Shown: positions 24,001 to 39,000 of the stretch, one piece after another | Numbering within the stretch: the first letter of the stretch is position 1 | Layout of the letters: every line of letters begins with the position of its first letter | Source: Lytechinus pictus | Lineage: Eukaryota | Length of the DNA: 64,000 nucleotides | Assembly: GCF_037042905.1 (NCBI RefSeq) | Contig: NC_087252.1 | Location: forward strand, 5,706,001-5,770,000 | Reading direction: 5' to 3' | Position numbers and translations under genes: made by a program | The notes under the pieces: generated by a model | Seen by the model: only the letters and a program-made list of their open reading frames with translations | What the model was told of the DNA's origin: nothing | Database searches by the model: none

Positions 24001-27000
24001 CAGTATAGAACATCTTTGATATCATAAATGACTGCTAGAATAATGCAGTAACATTTCATCTTTAGGATAAGACATGTACAAAGATTTATATCCATGAACA
24101 TTGAGATGCCACATGAACTACTTTCACTATTCATACATTGCTGCCATTTTGAGATCACATAAAGAAAGCTAGATTCGACCCAGAATCCTTCCCTCTAACA
24201 CAACAATAAGCGATTATTATTAATACCTTGGTCACATTCCTTGACCGGTTGCCTTACGGCGAGACAAAATCAGCAGTTTTAGGTATTCCTGTACAAACCA
24301 CCCACGTGTAGCTGGTAGTAGCTGGTACAAGGATGATTAAGACTGTTAATTTTGACTCGACGTAAGGCCACGAGCCGGCGAATGTAACCAAGGCTTAACC
24401 AGTATTATGGTTGCAAAAAAAACTGTAATAGCTGAGCAATTGCATTTTCCCCTTCTTGTCAACACCCGATTGGCTTAATACTAAAAGCAGAACATCCTTT
24501 ACTCAACCATGTTATGAAACAATGGATAACCACTTCTGCATGTACAGATAATGCATGGTGCACATACAGTAAGGGATGAAATTATGATGTGTTGATCACC
24601 AGTATAAACTTAAAGTACATGAACGTAATCATAATCACTTCATTTTGCTCAGAATTCACTTAAGTCCATAAATACTGAAAGATATTTTTGAATGAATTTC
24701 ACATGATTTAGAACGTTCACCATAGGTTAGAAAAAATATGAACATAAGATTACTTTGCCAAAACGTAGATCAAATCTATTGAGACATTAACCTTTTTGAC
24801 ATTGAATAGGCATATCATTTTACACAGTCTTCTTGTCTAAGAATTGCTCCAACTACGTATTGAAGGGTTATATATGAATGTAAGCATGAGCCCATCATAA
24901 ACACGAAATTGCGGCATGTAATTTGATTTGCTACATGTCATAATTGATAACTAAATGACGTTCAATACTTGATGTTGCTACATAAAATAATTAAGGTCAT
25001 GTGGCAATGTGAATTCATACCTACTCGAGTCATTTAGTAATTTCAATTAGTATATGACCTAATTAATTATGACATATAGCTCAAAATTGACTTGAATAAT
25101 TATGACCAATTTGATTGACCTCAATTATTTGAAGTAGCAACATCAATTATTTAACATAAGCACTCTCAATCGAGGTGGAGTAACTCTTCTTTAGGTCATG
25201 TTACTATTCGAATTGGAACATGTCATTGTTTAGGTCATGCAGCAATTCAAATTACTTGCTCAAGTAAACAATTACAATTGTAATATCACGCAAAATGAAT
25301 TAGCTGTACATGACATAATTCTGTTCTTTGATGGGCTTATGCTCCCATATATTAAGTAAATGGCTTTAATTCTTAATGATTATCCAAAAATTCATATACA
25401 TAAAATAAACCAATATGAAGAGCATCATATCCAAAGTGATCACCAGTTCACCCAATGTTACAGTACAAAAATAAAAAGCTGATTTTCTTATGTACTTTCA
25501 CACATCTTATACATGTGCACTGTATGTCACTTGACCCTGGCAGACAATAGAATTGACAAGCAGTGAGTCCTACATGTACATGTAGCTGCCTGGTTTGCAT
25601 ACTTTAATGTTATATGAATTTCAATCATGGCCATGTGCTGTTTATACACTAAATGGAGGGATCTTGTCATAATGTTATGTCAATTAAAAACTGAATAAAA
25701 TCCCAATTATCCTGAATAGCTAGACTAGCCCCCTTGCAATGGACATTGTAATCTTGTTTTCTTTTACCTTTCATTATTTTTGAAAATTTTCATACAACTA
25801 GGGCTGGGACTAAAACCCGGGTACCCGAGTAGAAAAATCAATACCCGATACCCGAAAATTGCTCACCAGTATAATGTACATGTATTTGATTTGTATTGCG
25901 TAGTGTAAGACATGATTGTAACTCATTACAAAAGTACACAAGCCTCATTTTGAATTTCACCAATTACCCTCTAAATATCCATAAATATACAAGTTTTCAA
26001 GTGATGATGATGTGACCGAGATCGTTCAATCATCGCCATGTTTCTTTTGCAGCGCAGTGACGTCATCCAGCCACTGCGACGCAAACCAATTTATGAATGA
26101 AAATATAGTAAGCATGCGCATTGCAAGCCTCAGCCCCACGCAGTATTACGTCAAAACAAGTCTGCAATACTCTGTCACCTCATACCAAAATCGACCTACG
26201 AAGCACCAGCCAATCACGTTCTTGTTACCATTTTTAGTTCATCATAAACCGAAAATGGGAACACGATCGTGATTGGCTGGCGCATTTGACGCTCCGAAAC
26301 CCGGAAATCAATTGACTTTGTTCACGTAGCGATACAAACTCACGAACACGATGTAATATCGATGCTACTTCGTAAGATTTTGACGGAAAAGCAAGAATAA
26401 AAATTTGCTTACCTGTGCAGTATCGGTGAGAAAACCTTTTATAATTCATATGATATATAGGAAAGTGGAATTCTAGGTCGATTTTGGTACGAGGTGACAG
26501 AGTATTGAAACTTGTTTCGATGGAATACTGCGTGGGGCACGGGAGGCTTGCAATGCGCATGCTTACTATATTTTCATTCATAAATTGGCTTGCATCGCAT
26601 TGGCTTGATGACGTCACCTATGGGGTTTTTCCACCAGTCATATTTCAAGTGACATGATTTTCAGGTACCCACCCGAAAATTACCACGGGTACCCGAAGAG
26701 AAAAAACCCGAAAGTCCCAGGCCTACATACAACTCTTTGTTTTTTTTTATACTTTATCAAAGCTTTTATGATTATAAATGTAATTAAATAATTTGACTTG
26801 ATAAATGTATATTACTGGTATACTAATTGTGAATTTTTAGCAAGAAACAGTATTTGTGTTGGATTAATACATAAAAATGTTGCGAAATTTCGGAACAGCG
26901 TACCCAGGCATCACAAATTTGGTCTCAAAAGATGTGCAAGACTTGAAAGTAAAAAGGCAGCTAACAGCCTCCCAGTTATTAACCCTTAGTTAAATTGGAC

Positions 27001-30000
27001 CAATTTGACCCCCCCCCCTTCCAAAAATTTTGCGACCATGCTGTCGCACAATTTTTTTAAAACATGCCTCTTTCTAGTCTTGTGCATCTTTTGAGACCAA
27101 TCTTGTGTCACCCGGTACGTGGTTCTGTAATAACGTGACATTATGTAAGTACATGTCATACCAAAAATTGCTCAAAAACGTGATTTTGTGTACAAAGTCA
27201 ATGCAATAGAGGAAAAAGTATGATATTGTATTCTAATTACGCATAAATTAGTATTATCACTTACTAACAATTTGCGTGAAATAATTTACAATTTAATTTT
27301 GTAAATTATGCCCTAGACAACCCATGTGCCAATGTTAGACGCGATTGTGCGGTCAAGATCTCAAGGAAGGGGGGGGGCCCTGGAAACCCCCCCTCCCCCC
27401 TTCCCCGGCCATATCAACTCCCAAAATACCCTGGCTTTAGTTGACTTTCTGGCTCCTCTTGAGTAGTCACCATTCATTGGACAGCTTGTTTTTATCCAAG
27501 TCTGTATAGCACGAGGCAGCTTAATCTGTAGAAAAAAAAACACATACCATTACGATAACATGAACAACATAAAAATACAAGAAATAAAGTGTTTTGCCCC
27601 CATCTAGATCTCTTTTCACAAGTACACATCTATCGGATAATGAGGTCCTTGCGGCTATCTCTCTTAGCATATTCTTGCTTATAAAAGCAAACTAAGCCGA
27701 AGAGTGACAAACAATTTATAATGCAAACAAATTGTCATAAGCACATATTGAAACTCTTTAATAAAACAATGAAGAATAAATCTACATCTTCTAACAAGGA
27801 TTACACTGTATGCCACTGCATGAATACAATCTGCTTAATTTTGTAATTATAATATCTACTGAAGTGAATGCCTATATAATCACCTTTTATGAACTCCAAC
27901 CGTGTCTTGTACAAGAACATGGCCTTTTCTGTGTACACCTGTAGTATCTTTCCCACATAATGCTGGACTTGCTGCTCGATCATCCAGAGATCCCTCTTTG
28001 AATCTTTAATGAAATGAAATGAATTTGAGTGACATAGTAAAATTTTATTTGCAGGTTAATACAAATACATGATGTAATAAAAATACATGATAAAACTTCT
28101 TCATTTCCATATTTCAGTGTTACAATTCAGGTGCAAAGAGTCATATTCTTTAATAATATTCAACATAAAATCAATGAAAACTAGTGCTGTTGTCGATAGG
28201 CCTCATATCGACATTGATGTCGACATACGAAGGATTTTCAAAATTCCGACATGTCGACATGCACGCACCCACATCGACATGTAAACATAAAATAAAAAGG
28301 GGTCTAGCCTACAATCACGAGTGTAAAGATTAGCTGAAAAGTTAGAAGCATTTATCCACAGTAATTGGCGCGATTAAAAGGTTTATTCAGCTTAAAGAAT
28401 ATCTGCGAGCTGTGCGGCAGTAGAAATACGTCAGTGCAGGGCCGGCCTGCCCGATCGAGCCGCCCTCGATATCCCGTTATAGCGAGAGTAGCATTCACCG
28501 TACCCATCCACGGAAATATGTACCCATCGCGCGCTATTCACCGTGCTTGATAATACGTTGCTCCTCAATGCATTACTTTTCACATAAACGTGAGCAGCAG
28601 CGAACACGTGTTTTTGTCAAAGTTGTGACTGCCGCAATTGAGCGCTTACTTCATATCACGAAGTCACAGAAAACTTCCCTTCATTCGTTTGGAGATCGTT
28701 GCACGGATCGCCGCGGAAGTGATACTGAAATTATCGGTCGATTTTCATTACTTTTCATTGTCAAATTGAGGAGCTTGCGTTTGCAGCAATGATCACTGTT
28801 GTAATTGGTGATTCTCAAATTGGCTACGAGTGTTATTGAGCAATGCTTTCGAAACCGGATCCTGGTACAAAAACTTGATTCTCCAGAAAAAAAATGTGGA
28901 TTAAATCGGTGATTTTGGAAGCTCAATTCTTGAACTGAGCCTGTATTATATAGATCTAGTGTGGGGATATCACTCGTGTCAAGGTGAATATATTTGATTG
29001 AGAGTGTTGTTCCACGATCGAATGCTTTTTTTTTATGTTAGGGAGCCCAGGCTAAATTACGGTCCCTTTTTCATGTCGACATTGTCGATGTCGGGATTAA
29101 TTTTTAAGCGACATGTCGACATGGATTTTTGTTCCCGACAACAGCGCTAATGAAAACATTAAAAGTAGAGGAGCAACCTTACTCACAGTCTGTTATTGTC
29201 GCTAAAGTCTTTACAATAAGAAGATTGGGCACTTTGCCGACATCGCGTAATGCTTTGCATCGATTTACATGTATAATAGTCTTTGTGCCTAGTCTTTTCT
29301 ATGTAGTGTCTTTAATATGTAGATAAAACATGCGTCCTTTAGCTAGTTAGACGAACAATTTTGGAAATTAAAGACGGATCCATATTTTATCAACCGGAAG
29401 AGAAATTAGTGCTTAAATGAAGCTATTTGAGGGATATTGATGATATTTAGGGTGAATTGACTTCACATCTTTTCGTAAGTTTGTCATGTTCATAGAAGGC
29501 CGGACTTGATTTTATAGAAACCTCTTTTAAATTTGTGGGATTGCCTACCTCGAGTGAAGTTTGTGCAGGCTCTACTCCACTTCACTATTGCTACACTACG
29601 CTCCACCTACCCAAACTTTGAGACCGTGAACTGGATCTGTCTTATTCCGAGTGACAAAAAGTGGGATCTTATGGGGGGGGGGGATATCAAATTCATGCAA
29701 CATCACGCTCTTTAAAAAAATTAAAACTAATATTCTTCCTGCACACAAAGTTTCAGTTCTTCTCCATGCCTCTATCCGTCTCAAAATTGATGATTTAGAG
29801 CCAACATGAAGTTTCTCACACGTATCAATATTCAATACATCGCATGCGTGTGAGGTCGGTCGGGTCAGACCAGGCCCGGTATCTCGCGAATATTGCATCC
29901 GCATGCAATGTTTTGAAATCGGCAGCGAATTATAAATATGTGTGAGGAACTTCATGTTGGCTCTAAATCACCAATTTTGAGACTGATAAAAGCATGGAAC

Positions 30001-33000
30001 TAAATGAAACTTTGTGTAAAGTAAGAATATTAGTTTTAATTCTTTTTAAAAATCAAGATGTTGCATGAATTTTATATTCCCCACCCCCATAAAATCCCAC
30101 CTCTGTCACTCAGAATATCAGATCGAGTTCATGGTCTCGAAGTTCGCGTCTGTAACGTTGGCGAAGAACAATAGAAAACAAGATGGCGGCGTAAACATCG
30201 GGCAAGTCTCTTCCGTCTAATCATGATATTTTTCGCATTTTTTGGAATGAATTTCTTCTTCAAAAATAACGACGAGAGCGTAGAAATGTTGGAAATTAAG
30301 TTTTATCCCATGTACATGATTTAGGTCTAACGTTAGGCTAGATCTTTTAGAACTATAAATAGAAGGAAAGTAGAAATCTCGGGGCCGGGGGTGAAAGTTT
30401 CAAGTTTTGGCTTCCTCTGTGTGGGTATATGAGAAAGGATCCCTGGCTTCATATGAGAGTGACCTTACGAAGTTACGTTAGTAAATGATTTTCACTCTCT
30501 AGAAGCCGCCTGGCTAGGCCTACAGCCATTCCCGATCACGATATTTTGAAAAGTGGTGGATATATTGACTTCAAATGTGACTGAGTCTGAGAGACTTGTC
30601 ATGACATTTGGGAACAAATATTGGTGATGAGGTATGCTGGTATTAATCGGCCGGTGCGAAACTGCATTAGCGCCCACCCCTGACCTGGCTACAATCATGA
30701 CAATACAAACATCCTCACCGCCGCCATCAATATACTACTAACTTAGCCAGCCGTTGGCCGTCCCCGGCCGCGCACACCGCAGATCAGCCCCCACCCGATA
30801 AGCGATCGGGAACAACGGCAGTGCAGTGGCCGTACGGTAATGATTAAAAAGTCGAAGAAATTTAAGTGCATGCCGCGCCAAACTACGAAAAATGGATCTA
30901 ACTTACTGTTTAGCCTGTTGTGTGAATGTCTTAAGAAGTCGTTGTCCGAATCTGATCCATATTCTGTTAGTTTTTGTTGAAATATTGACGGCCTTCTTCA
31001 TCAAGCTTCGGGTTCAGCTGAGCAGTTACGAACGTTTTTTTTCAAATGGCGGAACCGGAAACACGTATACGGTACAGTCCGTGCGTTTGTACGGGGAGCT
31101 CGGAGGGGGGGGGGGTCTTACTTTTTACTTGGCAACCAGACAATTTGACTATTTTCGCCATCATTTATATATCATATTATTAACGTAAAGGAATTGAATA
31201 AAGTAAAATTCAAATATTTATTTCTTCTTCCTTTCTTTTTCTTTTCTATGTCTTTTAATTTTTTTCTTTCTCTTTATTCTTTTTTTTAATATAAGGATAG
31301 GATTTAAAAACATGTCTCACAATTTTACTGAAAATATGTTATATAGGCCTACTAGTATGCAAGTAGGATGACAAAGAAAGCAATGAGGAAAATCACAGCT
31401 CCAATCCTATGTATTTTTAATTTTATTTCTTTTCAAAAACACACATTTTATCCTTTCTTGCGATCGAAGGAAAGATCCCTTTATAAGGTTCAAGTAGTAA
31501 AAGAAAATAATCTTAGATCAAGTGCCGGCAGGGTATTTTGATAAGGGGTGGAGGAGCAAGACAAGCAAATATAAAGATACCATTTTGAAGCGAAACATAA
31601 GAAAAGATAATAACTTTGCCAACGAGGTAAAAAATAATATGATATCGGTTGTGACACTTTAAGGATGGAAAATAGTTTGAAAATATATAGATACAAACTT
31701 CATACAAATTAGAAAAAAAGAAGCAAAATAAACTGCCATCAGATGTGAACAGAGATACAAGATTGTTCTTGCAATTAAAAAACATATTTACAAACTATAT
31801 ATAGCTTCGCATCATAAAAATAGATTGAAAATATCCAATTTTATTTGATTTAAAAAGAAATAGATATAAACCAGCCTGGCTAACATATTGCAAGGTGGCA
31901 AAGATATAAACCGGGGATATAAAGCAAAAAATAGGCCTTAAAATGGAAATTAAATATCCTATTTTTAGTTTATCCTATTCCACCTGTAAAAAATATTGTG
32001 AATAGGAGAACAAATATTGAAGTAATTTTATTTATAATAATATATTTGTAAGAAAATAGGTCCTTTTTACTAAAAAAAAATAAATAAAAAAATAGATGGG
32101 AAACTTGGAAAAATGTATTTTCTCGCAATAAAAACTTTAAGGGGCCAGAATCGCATTAAAACTTGGTTATGAAACGTGTAAAACAAAATCTTAGATAGCA
32201 TTTTAACTGAGATTTATTTTTTAATCAACATTCAACGCTGAACTTTCTTATGTTAATTGTTTATCAATATTTTGTGAAAACAGATAGTGTGCACATCGTC
32301 ATGAATATTCATTTGGTGGGCTGATGATGTGACATTCCCATTTTTCTTTTTTAATGTTAGATATGAAATTATGATTATCTATTTTTTCAATACATGTGTA
32401 AATAATGTGTCCCCATTGTAAAGTTGCTGCATTAAATAACTAATGCGGTTAATTAGTCGTCATTCCAATTGTTTAAGTTCTTGGTAGAAATATGTTGAAT
32501 AAATCTAATTTCATATATTGTACAAAAGAACATGGGATATGACATCATCAGCCCACCTAATGAATATTCATGAGACATGCCTAAATAAAACTGTTTCATG
32601 GGAATATTGCAAATCCTTAAAATTCAACTTAACTTCGTTATTTGTCATCCGATTTTGAATAAATTTTAAGCATTTTGTTTTGTGAATTTTACTCTATTTA
32701 TTGATTATCTCTAGCGTTGACCTCCCCTTCAATTATTTTCTTGTATTGTTAGAAAGAGATGGATGAAGTAGAATAATACGTTCATGCTTATATTTTTATT
32801 CATTACAATATCTCTTTGAAATTCAACCCGGCTTCCTCACAACCATTAAGCTCTAAGAGTGTTAGGTGTGTCCTGTATATTTCAACACGTACCCTTTTAA
32901 ATATAGTCATTTTTTTATTATTCATCCTGTTTTTTATGAAAAATAAGTGGCGAACAAACAAAACAAAAATGATAATTGAAATTTAAAAGAGCGCATGAAA

Positions 33001-36000
33001 AAGAAATAACCCTGAAAACGAACAATAGTCCTCAAAATATAAGTTGCCCATTTTGGGGTCAATAATTTTTCGCATTTTTCAGTTCGCGCTTTGCTCCTAG
33101 TTTTGATCTAGTACGTATAGTACCCTTTCTCGTAGAAATAGAAGCTATCAAACTTAAAACCTCTGAGTCTCAGTAGGCATAACCCCCCCCCCCCCCCCCC
33201 CCCCTCGCTGATATAGACCTACACAATGGGACAGGGTGAAATATAATTTTGAAATAGGGCCTATATGTCACAATCTAGCTATCACAAAATTAAATTTTCA
33301 TATAAAAAATTGTACTTTTTAAAATGAATGGTGCCCTTTTAAGCCATATGGCCTTCTAAAAATATAAGACTCAATACGCTACTGACCTCTCCCGAAACTG
33401 AAAAAAAAGATAAATCCCTCACTGGAAATAAAAAAATTAGTCTGTGGTACAAACAGGGCTTCCATACAAGTACTGAAGGAAACTAATTTTTTCATGTACT
33501 GTATACACAGAAAATACACCAGTAGCGTCTGTGATACAGTTTCAGTCATATTTCTGGGGTGGCTGCATGAGAAGTACCGCAGGAAATTTTGAAAGTATAG
33601 CACTGGGGTTGCCATAGAATTTTAGAAGTGCCTATATTGAGTCCTGCAGGAAATTTCAAAATTTTCATTTACCACAGAAGTATCACAGGGTTTTCATAGA
33701 AGTGTCTTTAATAGGATCGAGTACTGCAGGAAATTTCAAAATGTTCATGTACCACAGAAGTATCACAGGGTTTCCATAGAAGTGCTTAGTAATAGGAGTA
33801 CTGCAGGAAATTTAAAAAATGTTCATATACAACAGAAGTATCGCAGGGTTGTCATAGGAGTACTGCAGGATATTTTAGAATTTTCATGTACAACAGAAGT
33901 ACGACATAACTATCACAGAGTGATATTGTATACAGTTATGTACAACAGAAGTATTACACAGGTACGACAGAGTACCATTAAGGTATTGCATGAAATTTTC
34001 ATATTTTTATGTACCACAGAAGTAGAACTATCACAGAGTGATACCACAGGAGTCCTGTAGTAATTCCTTATACAGTTTTGTACAACAGAAGTATCACACA
34101 GGTACGACAGAGTACCATTAAGGTATTGCATGAAATTTTCATATTTTTATGTACCACAGAAGTATGACAGAACTATCACAGAGTGATACCACAGAAGTCC
34201 TGTTGTAATTCTATATACAGTTTTGTACAACAGCAGTATCACACAGGTACGACAGAGTACCATTAAGGTATTGCATGAAATTTTCATATTTTCCTGTACC
34301 ACAGAAGTATGACAGAACTATCACAGAGTGATACCACAGAAGTCCTGTTGTAATTCTATATACAGTTTTGTACAACAGAAGTATCACACAGGTACGACAG
34401 AGTACCATTAAGGTATTGCAGGAAATTTTCATATTTTCCTGTACCACAGAAGTATGACAGAACTATCACAGAGTGATACCACAGAAGTCCTGTGGTAATT
34501 CTGAGGTACCGTCGTGTATGACAGAAGTATCACACAGGTACAACAGAGTACCACTAAAGTACTGCAGGAATTTTTTGTAAGGGAATGCAGCATTTGTATC
34601 ATGCATGACAAAGAAATAATATATTTCGATAAAAACATGTTTTCAAACAATATTTTACTCGTAGATCACAATTACATACATTTCATGGTTCTTACTCTTG
34701 TGAAAATTTGTTTCTCCAATCGCATTGTACATAATAAGAATGGGGCCTATGGCAGCCATTTTAATTTCAAAATACAGCATTTATCACATACATTGCGAAT
34801 TGTATATCATATTTCGTTAAAAATTATGTTTTTATTCAGTATTCCACTCGTTTATTTTAATAATATACATTTTAGTACTCACTCTTGTAATTTTTTGTCC
34901 CCATTAACATTGTACATGATACTGTTAGAGGGGGGGGGGGGGTGGGGGGTGGTTGCATTTTGAATATCAAAATACATCAATTATCATATACATTACATAA
35001 TAAATGATACATTTCGTTAGCAATCATGTTTTTATTCATTACTTTACTCAAAGAATACAATTACTTGCAATTTAGTGCTCACTTTGGGAAAATAAGTTTT
35101 CCCCATTCATATTGTAACAGGGGTCTATGGCGGCCATTTTGAATATATAGCAACTAAATAGTTTGTCACAAATCCTTTTTAGAGAGTATTTCACTCCTGC
35201 ACCACAAATACATACATTTTATAGACAATGCGCGGGCAATTTTATGATTTTCATGGGTAATTTACATATTTTCCTCATCATCTCTCCTCGTTATTTTGCG
35301 TACAGTCATCATTTCATGTATTATGTGGTTGATTTCATTTTTGTATTTCTTCCTCTCTGTTCGCCACTATCATTATTTCAAGTATTTAATTGACTATCAT
35401 TTGGTAATTTCATTCGAGGGTCCACGATGTACAAGTACAGCTTCACAGTGGACCTTTTTTATTTCACTTTCACATACATGTATACGGCACAATTATATTA
35501 ACGTATTTTCTTAAGGTTGTCAAATGTATTCATTGTATGTAAAATATGACGACTGACACTTGTAAAGGTAAATTACATTCACGCCTGCAAAAGATAAATT
35601 AAATGGAATTACGGTTATGACTTAAATTGGGTTTTTTAACTGCATAGGAATATACATTGTTCCCAAAATAATGAGGCTTTGAGAATTATGAACTTTGTTC
35701 CACGTTAATATTAATTATTGATTTAGTTGAAATGTTGTAAATATATAAAATTTGTCCGTAGATCTTGTTGTATGGTGTTTGATGAGTACTGGAAGGAATG
35801 TCTTAATTTGGTAAATAAACTACAGTACATGTAAGAAAATTGTTGTGATATAATTTTACATCCATAGGAACAATTGAAATCACTGTACGACACTCTTGCT
35901 TGCTTGCCTAATATACCCATATAACAAATAAGTAGAGAATGAAATAATTGAAAAGGTGGAATGACTGGTAGGAAGAGAAATACGTCTGTCACAAATGTGC

Positions 36001-39000
36001 GCCCAATCCTCACCAAGCCATAATCGGCTCCAAAATGGGGGGGGGGGGGGGTAAATGCAAGGGGTAACAATTTATAAATATATACACAAAAATAAATAAG
36101 ACGAATACAACAATATACAGGGTTATGACCTTTCCTCCCCCCCCCGAAAAAAAATAAAAAATAAAATAAATCTATTAATCAAGGGTTTCAGCAAAGTTGT
36201 TAAACAATAGGGACCGGGCCAAAAATGAATACAGCTGTTGGTAGGAATGGGAAAGCTGAGTGACAGAAATGCGGACATTGGCTCTTGTACACGGACAGCT
36301 GAACTACCTATAGGGACGATTGGTTCCAATCTGTGGACATTAAGCCTGGAAAAGCTGTATATTTGTATATTTGCGGTGTGTGCCGTACTACCCCATGCAG
36401 CCTGGATGGTTTCAGTAACTAAATGGATAGCATATCACAACTATGCATCAAAAAGAAGAAAAAGGGGGTTAGTGAAAAGTATGTGTAGTCTGGTCACATG
36501 GCTGATACAATCATGAGAAATAGGTACGTAAAAGAAAAAGAAAGACATTTGATGCTATTACTTTGAAATAAATAATGCGGAATATCAACTTCTTCTGTGT
36601 ATCATCACTCTTCATGTCACGAAACTGACGTGACTGATTTGTCCCCGTCTGTTCTAATTGCGTTTTAATGAAGAAGGGAAATAAAGGAGAAGGGGAGATG
36701 TCAGGAAAAAATCTAATAATAGTAATAATAAGGTCAAGAAAATTATGAAAATAATGATCATTATACACAATTTCATAAAACGAAACGGTGAGAGAATATG
36801 AATAAAATTAAACAAAAACGCAGTGAAAAAATAAGATTAATTATATAACCTACTCACCTACGCTTATTCCGCATTTTAAGGTAGAAAAATAATTACGTCC
36901 GTCTTATTTTGTACAGGAGGTGCGGATTGTGCTTTGACATAAGAATGCTTGATACCTACACTCAGCGAAGATATCATCAGTGTGGTATAAAATTCATGCT
37001 CAAGAATAATATTCAAATTCGTGGCATTATTTCAGATAGAATACTAACTGCTTGTGCGCCTGCGCGTTCATCACACAATGTGCAGGTAGTCCATTTGCAT
37101 GATATCATTCGTTATCAGAATATTTTCCAAATAATACTTAGATTTGGAAACCAATTGCCTCTTCAAGGCACATAGGAAATATTAACGTTCGATAGCCATT
37201 GGCGGCGGAGCAGAGGATTATCTTCTTTTTTTTTTTTTTTTTTTTGGGGGGGGGATCGACGTACGCAACACCCCCCAAACACAAAAGATAATCCTCTGCT
37301 CCGCCGCCAATGTCGATAGCACACTTAAAGGAGAATCCAGCCTTGGCCATTAAATGTTATGTTGGGAAGGAGAAAAATAAATTAAACAGAATAGTGAAAG
37401 TTTGAAAGAAATCGGACAAGCAATAAGAAAGTTATAGCTGCTTTAAAATTGAGATCACTAATGGTATGTAGATTTCAAATTGGCAACTGGGTAAGTAAAT
37501 TATGACAAGGGGCAAGGACAACTTTCCCATATAGGCCATGTACTTTATTATCAGGGATTTGTGGTTTTCTCCTAAGTACCCATTCCCCTGGGGCAGTAAT
37601 CTAAATATAACCCAGGTAGTATATTGTTTTATGTCCTCATGAAAGAAAAATATAATTTGAAATAAAACTTTTGGGGAAAATGACATTTTAGCCATAATAT
37701 GTATTGGAGTACATGGAAGAGTAGTCCTTGCCTTACATCACTATGACATCCCATGTGCGGCCAAATTGAAGTCTCCATGGGTATAGTGATTACCTATATT
37801 TACAACTTTTAAAAATTCATAACTTTCTTGTTGTTTGTCCAATATTGTTCAAACTTTCACCTATCAACTTGTCTGATTTTTCTTTTCCTTATAAAATTAA
37901 GTTTTTATTTGGGTTGGATTCCCCTTTAACTCTTTATATGAATACGATGAAGCCTGCAATGTGTAGGCGTAGAATGTGGTCTGAGATAGTGAGAAATGGA
38001 TGCAATATAACAAAGGATATACTATCAGGTCATTGATGAAAAACACATTTCTGCTGACATTTTGAACCTGACTAGATATATTCTGGTAAATAAAAATAAA
38101 TAAATAAACAAATTTGTGGTACACGAGCTTTGGCAACTCTTTTTTTTTGTTTAGATATGTCATGAAAGAAATGAACCCGGGGGGGGGGGGCAGTCAATAT
38201 ATTGCTGAACACACGCGTGACCAAAAAAAAACGTATAAAGGGGTGTTTTTTTTTTCAGGTTTGGACGCAGTCCGCGCGTGGACTCGTTAAGGGTATCAAA
38301 AACACCGATTTTCAAGAAAAAGGTTGGTTTTGATAGACTGGTCAACGGTCAGTCGGTGGGTCAGATGTATTCAGGGTATGTTTTTTCCCCAAAGCTTTTT
38401 TTGGTAAGAAACGCCAAAACGTGTTTAGGGTATGTTTATTTTCCCAAGCTTTTTCCCCGAGGTAATATTTTGGCGATAACTTGTTTAGGGGCCAAAATGT
38501 CTAAATAAAGCCCGCGAAAAACTTGTTTAGGGGGTTATTTTGCACACAGAGAAAAACTCGTTTAGGGGGTGTTTGGAAATTACTCGGTCACGCAAGTGTA
38601 CAGCAATATATTTGACTGCCCCTCCCCCCCCCCCCCCGGGAAATGAATATAGAGTACAATGGTACGCGTAGCTTGTATAAAATTTCCCAAGAGCTATCCT
38701 CCATTTTGGTGAGGCCTTAAAGGTGAATGAAACCTTTGGAGCAAGTAGGCTTGTGTCGAAACAGAAAAATCAAAGAATAAGAACAAAGAAAGTTTGAGAA
38801 AAATCTGACAAATAATGAAAAAATTATGAGCATTTGAATATTGCAATCACTAATGCTATGGAGATCCTCCAATTGGCAATGCTACAAGAATGTGTGATGG
38901 CACATGTGAACAACTTTCCCTTTGATGGACTATAAAATACCCCCAAAATGTCTCTTTTTGCATTTTCTTATTGTGATACAAACTCTTTATCCATGATGTA

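Larger units (their letters stand above)
22851..34583. mobile_element. 11.7-kb non-autonomous CMC/EnSpm-like DNA transposon with cargo
   Basis: TIR CCCTTACAAAAAATTCCTG(T/C)AGTACT at both ends; 2-bp TSD AA; about 1-kb subterminal repeat arrays at both ends. Removing the element restores a unit of the flanking repeat (gccattttatatttcacaa|tgcagcattt). Confidence 0.85.
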
